Positions 26,392 to 38,550 of a DNA stretch of 62,000 nucleotides are shown one piece after another. The position numbers and the translations under genes are program-made. Source of the stretch: Octopus vulgaris. Its lineage: Eukaryota. The stretch covers positions 32,322,001-32,384,000 of the forward strand of contig OX597824.1 in the NCBI GenBank assembly GCA_951406725.2, written 5' to 3'. The stretch's first letter is position 1; the number at the start of each line of letters is the position of its first letter. Under the pieces are notes generated by a model. That model was not told where the DNA came from. It did no database searches and worked only from the letters and a program-made list of their open reading frames with translations.

Positions 26392-26720
26392 ATTGTGACG
26401 TATATTTGCCATTTAAATATGGCTAACCCCTAAGGGTGGATGCTAATGTAGTTTGTAGCCCCAGGAGGACACCTCCTCCAGCTGGCTATAGACACACTTT
26501 CTGTGCCCTATCAGTATTTGTAAAGAGTGCCCCAGGAGGACACATCCTCCAGCCGGCTATAGACACACTTTCTGTGCCCTATCAGTATTTGCAAATACTG
26601 ATAGGGCACTGAAAGTGTGTCTATAGCCAGCTGGAGGAGGTGTCCTCCTGAGGCTACAAACTATAGTAGCATCCACCCTTAGGGGTTAGCCATATTTAAA
26701 TGGCAAATATACATCACGAT
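26392..26720. mobile_element. Foldback/MITE-like palindromic element
   Basis: 129-bp arms (26392-26520, 26592-26720), 6 mismatches, plus a 63-bp internal duplicate of the inner arm. Confidence 0.75.
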
Positions 26721-27113
26721 GTGTTGTTGCTACTGTTTATAACTCGCTCTGAGATTTATTATTGACTGTTTATATTATATTTTCATTATTTGCACTGTTT
26801 ACAGTAAGCTCTGAAATGATGAGCTGCAGATTTATACTTAATTATGGTCCAAAAGATTCAAATGTAAATATGCTGGTTGCTGTTGTGCATGTCACAGGAG
26901 AACAACTTCTTCCTTTTACTATGACTGCATTCATAAAATACTTTCCTCATTGGTGCAAAGGATTTTGAGATACCAGTTTTTTGACATGTGTCTCATCAAC
27001 CAGAATGTGTCTTATCAAACACTCCTTTGAGTCAATCAATAATTGTGTAAGTTTATTGAAAAGGAAAAGACATTTAAATTATTCATATATTTTAAAGTAG
27101 AAAGAAAACGTAC

Positions 27114-27184
27114 GCTTCGTTTGTAGATGTTCCAGCTGGAGCTGGAATTTCTGGCACTGATTCAGCTATCAAGAATTTTTCTTC
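27114..27184 (-). CDS. RyR: RyR exon (divergent region): EEKFLIAESVPEIPAPAGTSTNE(A)
   Basis: 71 nt, phase 0-2; the exon I found that reconciles the flanking phases; acceptor ttttctttcattatag, donor gtacgt. Confidence 0.82.
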
Positions 27185-27501
27185 CTATAATGAAAGAAAA
27201 TGGACAATTAAAATATCTACATCGTAATGTCAATACATTCTTTGATATTCAATACTATCCTTTCTTTTATCTTTTATTCTTTTACTTGTGTCAGTCATTT
27301 GACTGCGGCCATGCTCGAGCACCGCCTTTAGTCGAGCAAATCGACCCCAGGACTTATTCTTTGTAAGTCTAGTACTTATTCTATCGGTCTTTTTTGCTGA
27401 ACTGCTAAGTTATGGGGACGTAAACACACCAGCATTGGTAGTTATGCGATGTTGGGGGGATAAACACAGACACAGAAACATACATACGCACACACACGCA
27501 T

Positions 27502-27540
<39 letters not shown>

Positions 27541-27783
27541 TATATACGAGGGGCTTCTTTCAGTTTCTGTCTACCAAATCCACTCACAAGGCTTTGGTCG
27601 GCCTGAAGCTATAGTAGAAGACACTTGCCCAAGGTGCCACGCAGTGGGACTGAACCCGGAACCATGTGGATGGTAAGCAAGCTTCTTACCACACAGCCCT
27701 GCCTGTGCCTAAATTTATTCTTGATATATTCTTGACATTTTACTTCAGAGTTTTGCAATTAATACAATAAATTTCTATACTAT

Positions 27784-28186
27784 TTCAACCCTTTAGCATT
27801 TGAACCAGTCATATTCAGTCCTCTTTTATGTTTAAACTGCCCTGATCTGGCTTCTCACACCTACTTACAATGTCAATCTAAAAATAAACTATCGCATCAT
27901 TGAAACCATGAAACTATAAGATAATGCATGATTAACTCAAAACAATACTCTTACTCTTTTACTCTTTTACTTGTTTCAGTCATTTGACTGTGGCCATGCT
28001 GGAGCACCGCCTTTAATCGAGCAACTCGACCCCTGGACTTATTCTTTTGTAAGCCCTGTACTTATTCTATCGGTCTCTTTTGCCGAACCGCTAAGTAACG
28101 GGGACATAAAAACACCAGCATCTGTTGTCAAGCAATGCTAGGAGGACAAACACAGACACACAACTCCTTACAAATACACACACGCT

Positions 28187-28256
<70 letters not shown>

Positions 28257-28478
28257 TACGACGGGCTTCTTTCAGTTTCCGTCTACCAAATCCACTCACA
28301 AGGCTTTGGTCGGCTCGAGGCTATAGTAGAAGACACTTGCCCAAGGTGCCACGCAGTGGTACTGAACCCGGAACCTTGTGGTTGGTAAGCAAGCTACTTA
28401 CCACACAGCCACTCCTGCGCCTATGCCAATAAATTAACATTACATTTGATAGAGTAATCTGAATGCTGAAGGGTTAAA
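27784..28478. mobile_element. TTAA-ended non-autonomous DNA element interrupted by a SINE (related pieces ~1180-1590, 10250-10470, 28480-28640)
   Basis: Ends aaccctttagcatt / aatgctgaagggttaa; shared body ctcacacctacctacaatgtcattctaaaa. Confidence 0.4.
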
Positions 28479-28729
28479 CTGGCAACATCTGGCTTATCAT
28501 ACCTACCCTACAATGTCATTCTAAAAATGAATAATCATAGCATCAAAAACCTCGAAACTGTGAGACAACACATGGGTAATTCAAAACAATGTGAATAAAT
28601 AAACATTAGATTTGGCTGATTAATCTGAATGTTAACTCATATTCTCAACTTAGAATTAAGGAGAAAAACTCAGTTTGACCTCATTTATTATTTTTAATAA
28701 AAATGCTCTATAGATTTAATATTATATAT

Positions 28730-28955
28730 GGGCCTCACAGTGGCAAAGTGGCTGAGTTCCTCTTGAGCACTGGGCCTGACGGAGGCAAAATAGTTGAGTT
28801 CCTTTCAAGTGTTGAGCCTCATGGAGGCGAGGTGGCTGAGTTCCTTTTGAGTATTGGGCCTCATGGAGGCGAGGTGGTTGAATTCCTTTTGAGTATTGGG
28901 CCTCATAGAGGCGAGGTGGCTGAGATCCTTTTGAGTACTGGGCCTCATGGAGGCA
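28730..28955. repeat. 39-bp minisatellite, about 6 units
   Basis: Unit gggcctcatggaggcgaggtggctgagttccttttgagtatt-like. Confidence 0.85.
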
Positions 28956-29475
28956 ATGACCAAGACCTTTGGCATTATGTCATGCTTGAGAAGAAGACCC
29001 ACAAAGCCAAGCAAAATCACAGACATGGCAGATACCAGTGTCACACAAACTGGCACCTGTGCTGGTGACATGTAAATGTACCCCAGTGTTATGCAAATGG
29101 CACCCATGCTGGTGGCATGTAAAAGCACCCATTACACTCTTGGAGTGGTTGGCATTAGGAAGGACATCCAGCCATAGAAAACCATACCAAATCAGACTGG
29201 AGTCTGGTGCAGCATTCCAGCATGCCAGCAGAGACAACAGCATAGACAACAGACGTTAAATGATGATAATGATGATGATGATGTGTGTGTTGTTGGGTGA
29301 GGTAAGATTCTTCATGAAGTATGTACCGAGTCAGAATAAGATATTTATTTTATAAAAACAATAAACAATGTCAACTGTTAATTATAAAACCCCCACTGTA
29401 GATTATTACCCTAAGACACAAATTTTGAAAAACATACAATATACCTAATATAGTTTAGCGGGGGTTAATATATAT

Positions 29476-29691
29476 TTCTTTACTATCCACAAGGGGCTAA
29501 ACACAGAGGAGACAAACAAGGACAGACAAAGGGATTAAGACCCCAGTGCGTAATTGGTACTTTATTTAATCGACCCCGAAAGGATGAAAGGCAAAATCGA
29601 CCTCGGCGGAATTTGAACTCAGAACGTAACGGCAGACGAAATACGGCAACGCATTTCGCCCGGCGTGCTAACGTTTCTGCCAGCTCGCCGC
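29476..29691 (-). mobile_element. SINE family A, young copy
   Basis: CpG-rich; TSD ggttaatata. Confidence 0.85.
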
Positions 29692-30043
29692 TGGTTAATA
29701 TAATGTAGTGAACCTCCCTCTACTATCACTAATTTTTAATTATTAACTATTGTACCTGTATTGAGGAGAAGAAATCGTTAGTTTTAATGATTAATTCTGG
29801 ATAAGAAAGAGAGACTTATTTAAAATTAAAATTAATTAAAAATGTTGAGTTGGGTATGAGGTAGAAAGGGCATGTGATTTTTGACAAGTTCAAGGATAAA
29901 CAAGGCTATATTTTCTTCTTATTAGACCTCTTCATAAAGATTTTGAATAAATAAACATTCCTGCTGCAACACCTTAAAATAATTCTGAGATACTTTCTCC
30001 AGTTATAAAAAAAGAAATATACTTTAGTTATTAGAACACTTAC

Positions 30044-30164
30044 CAAAAGCATTTCATTTGGACCTTCAGAGGTAGCTGAAGGTAATTCTTTTGATGGTAC
30101 ACTACCATTTATTGTTGTAGCATCAACTTCTGGTGCCGTCTGTCCCTCTGTCACACTGATAGAT
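30044..30164 (-). CDS. RyR: RyR exon (divergent region): SISVTEGQTAPEVDATTINGSVPSKELPSATSEGPNEMLL
   Basis: 121 nt, phase 2-0; acceptor ttccttcag, donor gtaagt. Confidence 0.85.
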
Positions 30165-30429
30165 CTGAAGGAATAAATAAGGAACTTGTGAATCCTTAAC
30201 TGACAAACTGAACAACACACACACACATACATGCACACATATATATGATAGGCTTCTTTCTGTTTTCATCTACCAAATTTACTCACAAAGGTTTGGTTGT
30301 CCTGGGGGTTATTATAAAAGGCACTTGCCTGAGGTGACACACAGAACAATGTGGTTGGGAAGCAACCTTCTTACCACACACACACACACACACACACATG
30401 CACACATGTCTGTGCCTATAATATTAATA

Positions 30430-30890
30430 TTTTCATTTCAGGGTTAGCAATTTTGAGGGGAAGGGCAAGTTGATTATATCAACCCCAGTACTTGATTGGT
30501 ACTTTATTTAACTGACCATGTAGGATGAAAGCACAGTTGACCTTTGTGGGATTTGAACTCAGAATGTAAAGAGTCAGAAGAAATGCCGCTAAGCAGTTTG
30601 TCCGATGAGCCAAAGATTCTTATTTCTTTACTGCCCACAAGGGGCTACACACAGAGGGGACAAACAAGAACAGACAAAATGGACTAAGTTGATTATATCG
30701 ACCCCAGTGCATAACTGGTACTTATTTAATTGACCCTGAAAGGATGAAAGGCAAAATCGACCTTAGTGGAATTTGAACTCAGAACATAATGGCAGACGAA
30801 ATACTGTAAAGCATTTCACTTGGCATGCTAATGTTTCTGCCAGCTCGCCGCCTTATAGATGAGTTAAAGATTCTACCCGCTCATCACCCT
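30430..30890 (-). mobile_element. SINE A nested inside another SINE A
   Basis: Inner copy ~30620-30855 flanked by gatgag(cc/tt)aaagattct duplication. Confidence 0.7.
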
Positions 30891-30898
30891 TGTAAAAG

Positions 30899-31232
30899 GG
30901 TAAAGGGTAAAGACCTCCTTTGGTCATGAATGACTATGGAATTGCATCTAGAAAGTTACTCTCCAAGGTACAAGTCTGGGCAAGGTTGTTTATGGAAGAC
31001 CAGCAGTTACCCATGCATACCAGCCTCCCCTCTCTGTGCCACCGATGTTATCCAAGAGAAAAGTAAAGGCTAATACAGTTTGGTACCAGTGACATTTCTA
31101 CAGTTAAGTGAACTATAGCAATGTGAAATAAAGTGTCTTGCTCAAGAACACAACACAGCCTGGTCTGGGAATTGAACTCGTTACGTCATGATTGTGAACC
31201 TGATGCTCTAACCACTGAGCCATGTGCCCTCA
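30899..31232 (-). mobile_element. tRNA-derived SINE family D (partial opposite copy ~24482-24620)
   Basis: Head gcacatggctcagtggttag; body ggtatgcatgggtaactgctggtcttccataaacaacc. Confidence 0.7.
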
Positions 31233-31717
31233 CCCTATATTAGTATTAGTAGTAGTTGTATGGGTTATAACAGATATTCTGGTCAATACCACAGATTTAC
31301 TAGTCAGTTGCTTGACCTTTGCCAGTTGAACATGTCCCTTGGTGGCTGACAATATGTACATCTCTTATCACAAGTGGGAGTAGTTGGGGAGCATTACAGC
31401 TGTGTGTAGAGAGGAATTCCTTGGGGTTTGAATCTTTCACTTTTGGAAATCTGAGTGCTTTGTTCATTCTTAAACAAACCTCATTCAGGAACTTTTTAAG
31501 TGGGATGGGCTACTTGACCTGAAAAAAATTCTAACTGGCACCAACCTGCAAGGTCATGCATCATTTATCTTGATATGAGAACACTATGTCATGCACATAT
31601 GGTTGTGATGCATGTACCTGGTGTATCCTTATCAGACGGGTAGTCATGATGGGTATATTGGGCTTTGTATATTTGTACCCCAGTGTCAATTTGAAGGCAT
31701 GCATTCCTCTCTCATTC

Positions 31718-31768
<51 letters not shown>

Positions 31769-32065
31769 CCTTTCTACTATAGTCACAAAGCATGGAATTT
31801 GAGAAGAGGAGTATAGTTGATCATTTTGACCCCAATGCTTGACTGATACTTAATTTATCAACCCCAAAAGGATAAAAGGCAAAATTAGCCTCGGCGGAAT
31901 TTGAACCCAGAACATAAAGGTGGACGAAATGCAACTAAACATTTTGTCTGGTGAGCTAATGATTCTGCCCACACACTGCCTTGATAATGATAATAATAAT
32001 GACATCACAATACTACAAGTAATAATGGTGTTAGAAATGAAAGAAGTGAATGAGCTTTAACTTAC

Positions 32066-32299
32066 TCTTTCAGACCATTTTCCTTCTTAGCAGGGAACGT
32101 TTTAACAGGTCCTCCATTTTCTTGTGTAACTTTTGGTCCTGCCGGTGCCGCTCCACTAGGCGTTTCTGGGGCTCCTAATGCCAATGGAGCAGGCATTATA
32201 GCAGGGGGGTGTTTGGTAGCAGCAGCCTTTACAGCATCTGAAGTCACCTCCATACCTCGATCACCCATCATCATATTTATCAAGAATTTGGCTAAAGTC
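32066..32299 (-). CDS. RyR: RyR exon (divergent region, Pro/Ala-rich): TLAKFLINMMMGDRG...PAKKENGLK(E)
   Basis: 234 nt, phase 2-2, donor gtaag; ORF 32062-32322. Confidence 0.88.
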
Positions 32300-33718
32300 C
32301 TTTTAGTAATAAATATTGACAAATATAAGAAATTAAGACATTTATCAACAACTGTATTTTAAGAAATAGGAATTATTTTAATATTATAAAATTACAGACT
32401 TAATTACAAATCAAAATTTGTGTTGTGACCCCCTTCAGTCATGAATGGCCATGGGATTGCACCTAGAAAGTTAACCCTCCGAGGCACAAGTCTGGGCAAG
32501 GCTGTTTATGGAAGACCAGTAGTTACCCATGCATACCAGCCTCCCCTCTCCATGCCACCAATGTTATCCAAGGGAAAGGCAAAGACGGATACAGATTGGC
32601 ACCAGTGATGTCACAGCTCATTTATTAATGTGCAAGTGGCTGAGCACTCCACAGACACGTGTACCCTTAACGTAGTTCTTGGGGAGAATCAGCGTGACAC
32701 AAAGGTACAACAGAAACAAGAAAAAAGAGCGAGAGAAAGTTGTAGTGAAAGAGTACAGCAGGGTTCACTCCTACCTCCTGCCGGAGCCTCATGGAACTTT
32801 AGGTCTTTTTGCTCAATAAACACTCAAAATGCCCGCTCTGGGAATCGAAAACCTGGTCCTACAACCGAGAGTCCACTGCCCTAACCACTGGGCCATTGCG
32901 CCTCCACATGAATCAAAATTGCAGATAAGTATATTATACATATATGTGTGCATATGAGTGTGTGTGCACACTCGTGCACTTGTGTGTCTTATCTTATCTT
33001 TATCTTTTATTTATTTCAGTCATTAACTGTGGCCATACTGGAGCACCACCTTGAATTTTTTAGTTGAATGAATTGACCTCAGAACTTACTTTTTAAGTCT
33101 GTTATTTATTCTATTTTTGCTGAATCACTAAGTTATCACTAGCTGTCAAGCAGTGGTGGAGGAAAAAACACAGACACAAAGACACACACACTGACATACA
33201 TACATACATACATACATACATACATACATACATACATACATACATACATTCATACATATACATATATATATGTCTGTGTGTGTGTCTTCTAGGATCTCGG
33301 GCATCCTGCATCCGATTGCACTCAAATTTGATATGTATCAGGGCGTGTATAAGGCTTGAAAAAATTGCAAAAATCGATTCCAGGTGAGAATGCGATCGAT
33401 AAAGCCGTGGGAACGTACATTTGTATGTGCAAGTACTTCAGCTGCTACAATCGTACATGAGAAAAATGCACATGCAGCTTGCACAAAAAAAGCCTGCTGG
33501 CTTGAAATAATGCCACAAAATGGGACGGTTGTACAAGTTGTTTTGAGAAAATTTGGTTTCAGTATTTGACAACTCAGCACCGTCCATTTGACAGGGGGCA
33601 TTTTGCTCGTATATATATATATATATATATTTCCTTTCATTCTTCTCATTTCCATCTTTTTAAAAATAACTCCTTACATTGATCTCTACTATTTCCCTCT
33701 ATTTAACCATCTCACATC

Positions 33719-33766
33719 GTCTCTGATGAAGGGATATCCCTAATATCCCAGAAACAGCTGTAAGGC
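33719..33766 (+). ncRNA. Minimal type I hammerhead ribozyme-like motif (Penelope-type)
   Basis: GTCT CTGATGA A GGGATAT ccctA ATATCCC A GAA ACAGCTGT A AGGC: core, 7-bp stem II, palindromic stem III, GUA site, stem I GUCU/AGGC. Confidence 0.6.
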
Positions 33767-34465
33767 TAGCTTTCTCTTTATAAATGTCCTGAAAATTCCA
33801 CACAGCCTTAGCTCTGTGGTCTCATTTTATTTAACACACACACACACACACATATATATACATATATGATGAGCTTCTTTCAGTTTCTGTCTATCAAATT
33901 CACTCACAAAGCTTTGACTGGCCTGATTATATAGAAGATACTTGCCCAAGGTGCCACACAGTGGGACTGAACTTAGAACCATGTGATTGGGAACCAAACT
34001 TCTTACCACACAGCCACACCTACATATTATATATATATACATACATATCATACATATATATAATATTTTTCTCATTGATTTACTGGCTACAGTTGCATAT
34101 ATATGTGTGTGTGTGTGTGTGCATGTGTGTGTTTGTATCTTATCTTTATCTTTTACTTATTTCAGTCATTAACTACTGCCATGCTGGGGCACCACCTTGA
34201 ATTTTTAATTGAATGAATTGACCTCAGAACTTACTTTTTAAGTCTGTTATTTATTCTATTTTTCTCTTTTTGCTGTATTAAGCTTTAAGACTTATTTAAT
34301 ACAAATTACAAACTTATGGATTTTTGAAATTAAACATTCATTATTTTCCTATGTTCACATACACCCCATTTGTTTGTTAAGAACATGAAATTTGCTTCTG
34401 GCATTATCAAATTTGCCCATCCCTGTTCTAGAGAATGACTTTCATATCTGTAACAATTTACTTAC

Positions 34466-34666
34466 CAGAATATATGGAATATCAGTGTTAATATTGATAG
34501 TCCAAATTGGAAATTTCCTTTTAGGATCATCATAAACAGTTGTCCGTAGGTCATACTGCGGAATGTATGATATGTATTCTTGATATTGGACCATGTGAAC
34601 AATGATAATAAGGATCCGATGAAATCTCGAATGGTACGATATGTTGCCTTCACGGGCTCTAAAATG
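34466..34666 (-). CDS. RyR: RyR exon (divergent region, hydrophobic): ILEPVKATYRTIRDFIGSLLSLFTWSNIKNTYHTFRSMTYGQLFMMILKGNFQFGLSILTLIFHIF(W)
   Basis: 201 nt, phase 2-2; acceptor ttttgacag, donor gtaag. Confidence 0.88.
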
Positions 34667-35008
34667 CTGTCAAAAGAAAAATAGATATACATGTCAAAAT
34701 TAAAGAATTATATATATACATTTTTTTATTTGTGGGTTAACAAGGCAACCAGTGGTTTCATGTAAAGTGATCTTCACAATTATTCATGCATGCCGCATTG
34801 AAATGTTATTTATTTATATCAAAACAAAAGACCAGAAAAAATTTGGTATATTTTTAATTCTATGTTACAGGTGTTTCATTACAGGATAAATGTTGCAAAG
34901 GTATACATATAGAAAAACATGTATAGAATCTCCTATCCTTAATCCTTCAGACAAAATTTAAAAAATAATACAAAATTATGTTGTATGACAAAACAAAATT
35001 ACACTCAC

Positions 35009-35082
35009 CTTCCTGCTCCTACACCACCTATCACAGATGACAACTTCAACTCCTCCCCGGTGATACTCGTTGCATGTTGCAT
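35009..35082 (-). CDS. RyR: RyR exon: MQHATSITGEELKLSSVIGGVGAG(S)
   Basis: 74 nt, phase 0-2, donor gtgagt; MQ follows FCEDTIFE as in other RyRs. Confidence 0.9.
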
Positions 35083-35109
35083 CTGACGATAAATAATAAT
35101 AATGATAAC

Positions 35110-35155
<46 letters not shown>

Positions 35156-35159
35156 GAGG

Positions 35160-35470
35160 GTGAAGTGAAGATAATAGATGTTGCAATACCAGGTGATTCG
35201 AGGGTGAAATGTAAGGGAACAGAAAAGATTGAGAAATACCAGCCACTGCAGGATGAGATGGGAAAGTTATGGGACATCTGTAAAGTAATGGTGATACTAG
35301 TGGCAATTGGAGCATTAGGAACACTCTCCAAAGGTTTTGAAAACCATATTAAGAATATTGGAGCTGCTGTCAGGCTCAAGATGATTCAGAAGACAACATA
35401 GTTGGGTACAGCTCGCATTCTAAGTCACAGGAGAAGGCACTATTTGAAACCTTTAATGATTTGTTATTGC
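35160..35470 (+). mobile_element. R4/Dong-like non-LTR retrotransposon 3' fragment (RLE domain)
   Basis: IIDVAIPGDSRV..EKIEKYQPLQDEMGKLW..VAIGALG..IQKTT*LGTARIL, preceded by (AAT)n. Confidence 0.65.
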
Positions 35471-35554
35471 TTGCTTTCAAGTAAAGAATAACCGGTAATT
35501 AAGAACTATGTGAGTCTTTCAGAATAATAATAACAACAATAATAATAATAATAA

Positions 35555-35715
35555 ATGTGGCATCTCAAGGTCATTACGATACCAGTGATTGTAGGAGCAT
35601 TAGGAATGATCAGAAAAGGAACTGAAAATTATTTGAGAATGATTCCTGGCCTCTGCAAGAAATGCAGAAGATTGTTTTAACTGGTACTTCACAGGTGCTG
35701 AGAAAATCATTGCTG
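35555..35715 (+). mobile_element. Second R4/Dong-like 3' fragment
   Basis: LKVITIPVIVGALGMIRKGTENYL..QEMQKIVLTGTSQVLRK after another (AAT)n. Confidence 0.55.
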
Positions 35716-36874
35716 CCATAAGAACAATAACTTTCCATATAATAAATATTTTTCTACATAACTTTATTTGATTTTGTAAATGAGCACTCTGGTGCATTTA
35801 TCTTAACGGCCTATGAATGTATACAGTGAGTTTCTGTGCCTTAGGTGTTGGGAAGACACTCAGCAAGAAATGGAAACAAAATTGAAGAAGAAAATCTCTC
35901 TAACAGGCTTATGGTGAAGCCTGTGGTAGTGGGGACCTCTGGCGTTCTTGGCCTCTGGACCATATTCTTGTTCACTGCTATAGAGGCAGAGATGTCTGTC
36001 TACAAGTGCAAGCCTCATGAGTTCCACAGCACTTCCTTCACCATCCTCCGGGACAACACCTTTTCCATTTTGTCTGGTGGGGCCATGAAGCAGTCTGACT
36101 TACAGGAAAATCTATGCTCCACTCCTTAAATACTTAGATCTAGGGTATCAATACTTAGAATATGAACTCCTATATTTTAATCTTTAAATAGATATAATTT
36201 GAAGTCTAAAACAATATTATGACTTAATGTTTTTATTCCATATGTCATAATATTAATAATAAGAACAATATATACATCAGTCTAAAATTTCATATAGAAT
36301 TTAAATCATTTTATCTTTCACCAGGAATTGATATGAAGTATATGGTTTATAATGATGATAATAAGTGTATTCTCTCTAAAATTTCATATAGATATTTTAA
36401 ATCAAATATTTTTATCTTTCACTACGAATTGATATTATGTGTATCGTTTATAACGATAATAATAAGTGTGTTCTCTCTTGAGTTCTATGATTCATCAGGC
36501 AGTTTTTTTTATTTTCATGGCACATAAGTGACTTAGTTCATGCCACTGACCATCAAAAGGGTGTCGGTTCATTGCAGGGTTTACTCATTTAGAGCTGAGT
36601 TAGCAAGAGCAACCTGAAATGAAGTACTTTGCTTAAGAACACAATGCACTGCTGGGTCTGAGAATTAAAACTACGATCTTACTATCATGAATACAACACC
36701 CTAATCACTAGGCCATGTGCTTTCATAATGATTATAATGAGAATGACAATAATGATAGCATTGTTAATGATAGTGATATAAAGAAGGATTGGAACAAATG
36801 TAACGATGATGATGATAGTGAAGGTAAAAATGATATTGATAACAAAAAACATTACTACAATGGCAAGTCCTTAC

Positions 36875-36973
36875 CTCAAAGATTGTGTCTTCACAAAAGT
36901 TGACAAAACTTTCCAGTTTTTCTTTATCTCCTCCCTCATTGATCACGCTGTGCAAAAATGATCGTTTAGATTC
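36875..36973 (-). CDS. RyR: RyR exon: [33 protein letters not shown]
   Basis: 99 nt, phase 0-0. Confidence 0.97.
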
Positions 36974-38052
36974 CTAGGATAATAAAGAAGAAAAAAACAT
37001 TTAAGATAAATGTGAAGAAAATAAAGCATATCAACTCTTACAAGCAATGACAGCATGGCTGTTTATCATTTTACTGTCCTTTTTACATAATTTCTCTAAT
37101 TTTTTAACTGTGAAATTAAATTTTATGCTTATTCCAGTAACGATGTTAAACGTCTACCAAAGAAGAAAAAAAAATAGAATCGGTATTTTATGCGAGTCTC
37201 ATGCCAATATGGAACATGGACATTGAATGATGACCATCTCTCTCTCTGTCTCTGACACACACATGATATATTATATTATGTATATATAACGTACATATGT
37301 ATATATATATATACAAGTGTATGTATATATATATATCATCATCATCATCATCATCATCGTTTAACGTCCGTTTTCCACGCTAGCACGGGTTGGACAGTTC
37401 GACCGGGGTCTGGGAAGCCAGGGGCTGCACCAGGCTCCAGTCTGATCTGGCAGTGTTTCTACAGCTGGATGCCCTTCCTAATGCCAACCACTCTGCGAGT
37501 GTAGTGGGTGCTTTTTACGTGCCACCTGCACAGGTGCCAGGGGGGGGGGTCTGGCATCGGCCATGATCGGTTGGTTCTTTTAACGTGCCACCGGCACGGG
37601 AGCCAACCAAGGTGGCGCTGGCATCGGCCACATTTGGATGGTGCTTTTTATGTGCCACCGGCACAGAAGCCAGTCGAGGCTTATATATATACGGGATATA
37701 TTATTCACCATTACATGTTTCATTTGCTAATAGGACTTGCAAAGTTGTATATGTTGAATAAACATGTAAGAAATTTCCTTTTAGAAATTCTTCAGACTGA
37801 AAATCAAATTATCATTATCATCATCACTGTTTAACGTCTACTTTCCATGCTGACATGGGTTGGACATAATACATTATATTCTCCTTTTTATTATTTGATT
37901 CTCTGTTTGAAGAATTCCTAATAGGAAAGAAGTCTTATATATAGAAGAATGTTGTGGTGAGGATGTATAAATCCGAAGAAAAATATTTTATAAAGGAAAG
38001 TTAGTTGAACGGAAAAAGCTTAACAAAATCAAAAGAAGTAATCTTTATTTAC

Positions 38053-38209
38053 CTTGATTTGAGGTTTTTCCCATTGGTCAATCTGTGACTGTTTGATCTC
38101 AAAATAAATACGTTCAATTCTGTTGGCACTACCCATGATCTCTATTCTGCCCAAGTAAGGTTTAAAGTAATCAAGGACACTTCGAGCCTTCTCAAGGAAG
38201 CGCTCAAGC
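38053..38209 (-). CDS. RyR: RyR exon: [52 protein letters not shown]
   Basis: 157 nt, phase 2-0; conserved [19 protein letters not shown]. Confidence 0.97.
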
Positions 38210-38492
38210 CTAAGGAAAGAATATAATAAAATATAGTCCTTGTACAACAAGCCAAAAAAGTAAGATTTTAAGTGACAACAAATAAATAATATTCACACAC
38301 ACCACATACATACATACATACATACATATATAGTGGCACTACTATATATGAATATATGCAATTCTGAAGCCCTGTTCATTAACCAAATTATTCGTTGCAT
38401 GATTAATTGAAATACATATAAATATAAGTCATATCCAAACTCCATATAAAAACATGAAATGTTGTTTTATTTGTCCATCCATCAACAGTAAA

Positions 38493-38550
<58 letters not shown>

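Noticed and set aside
28730-28955. CRISPR-like array
   Set aside because: Eukaryotic intron, tandem units without unique spacers, no cas genes
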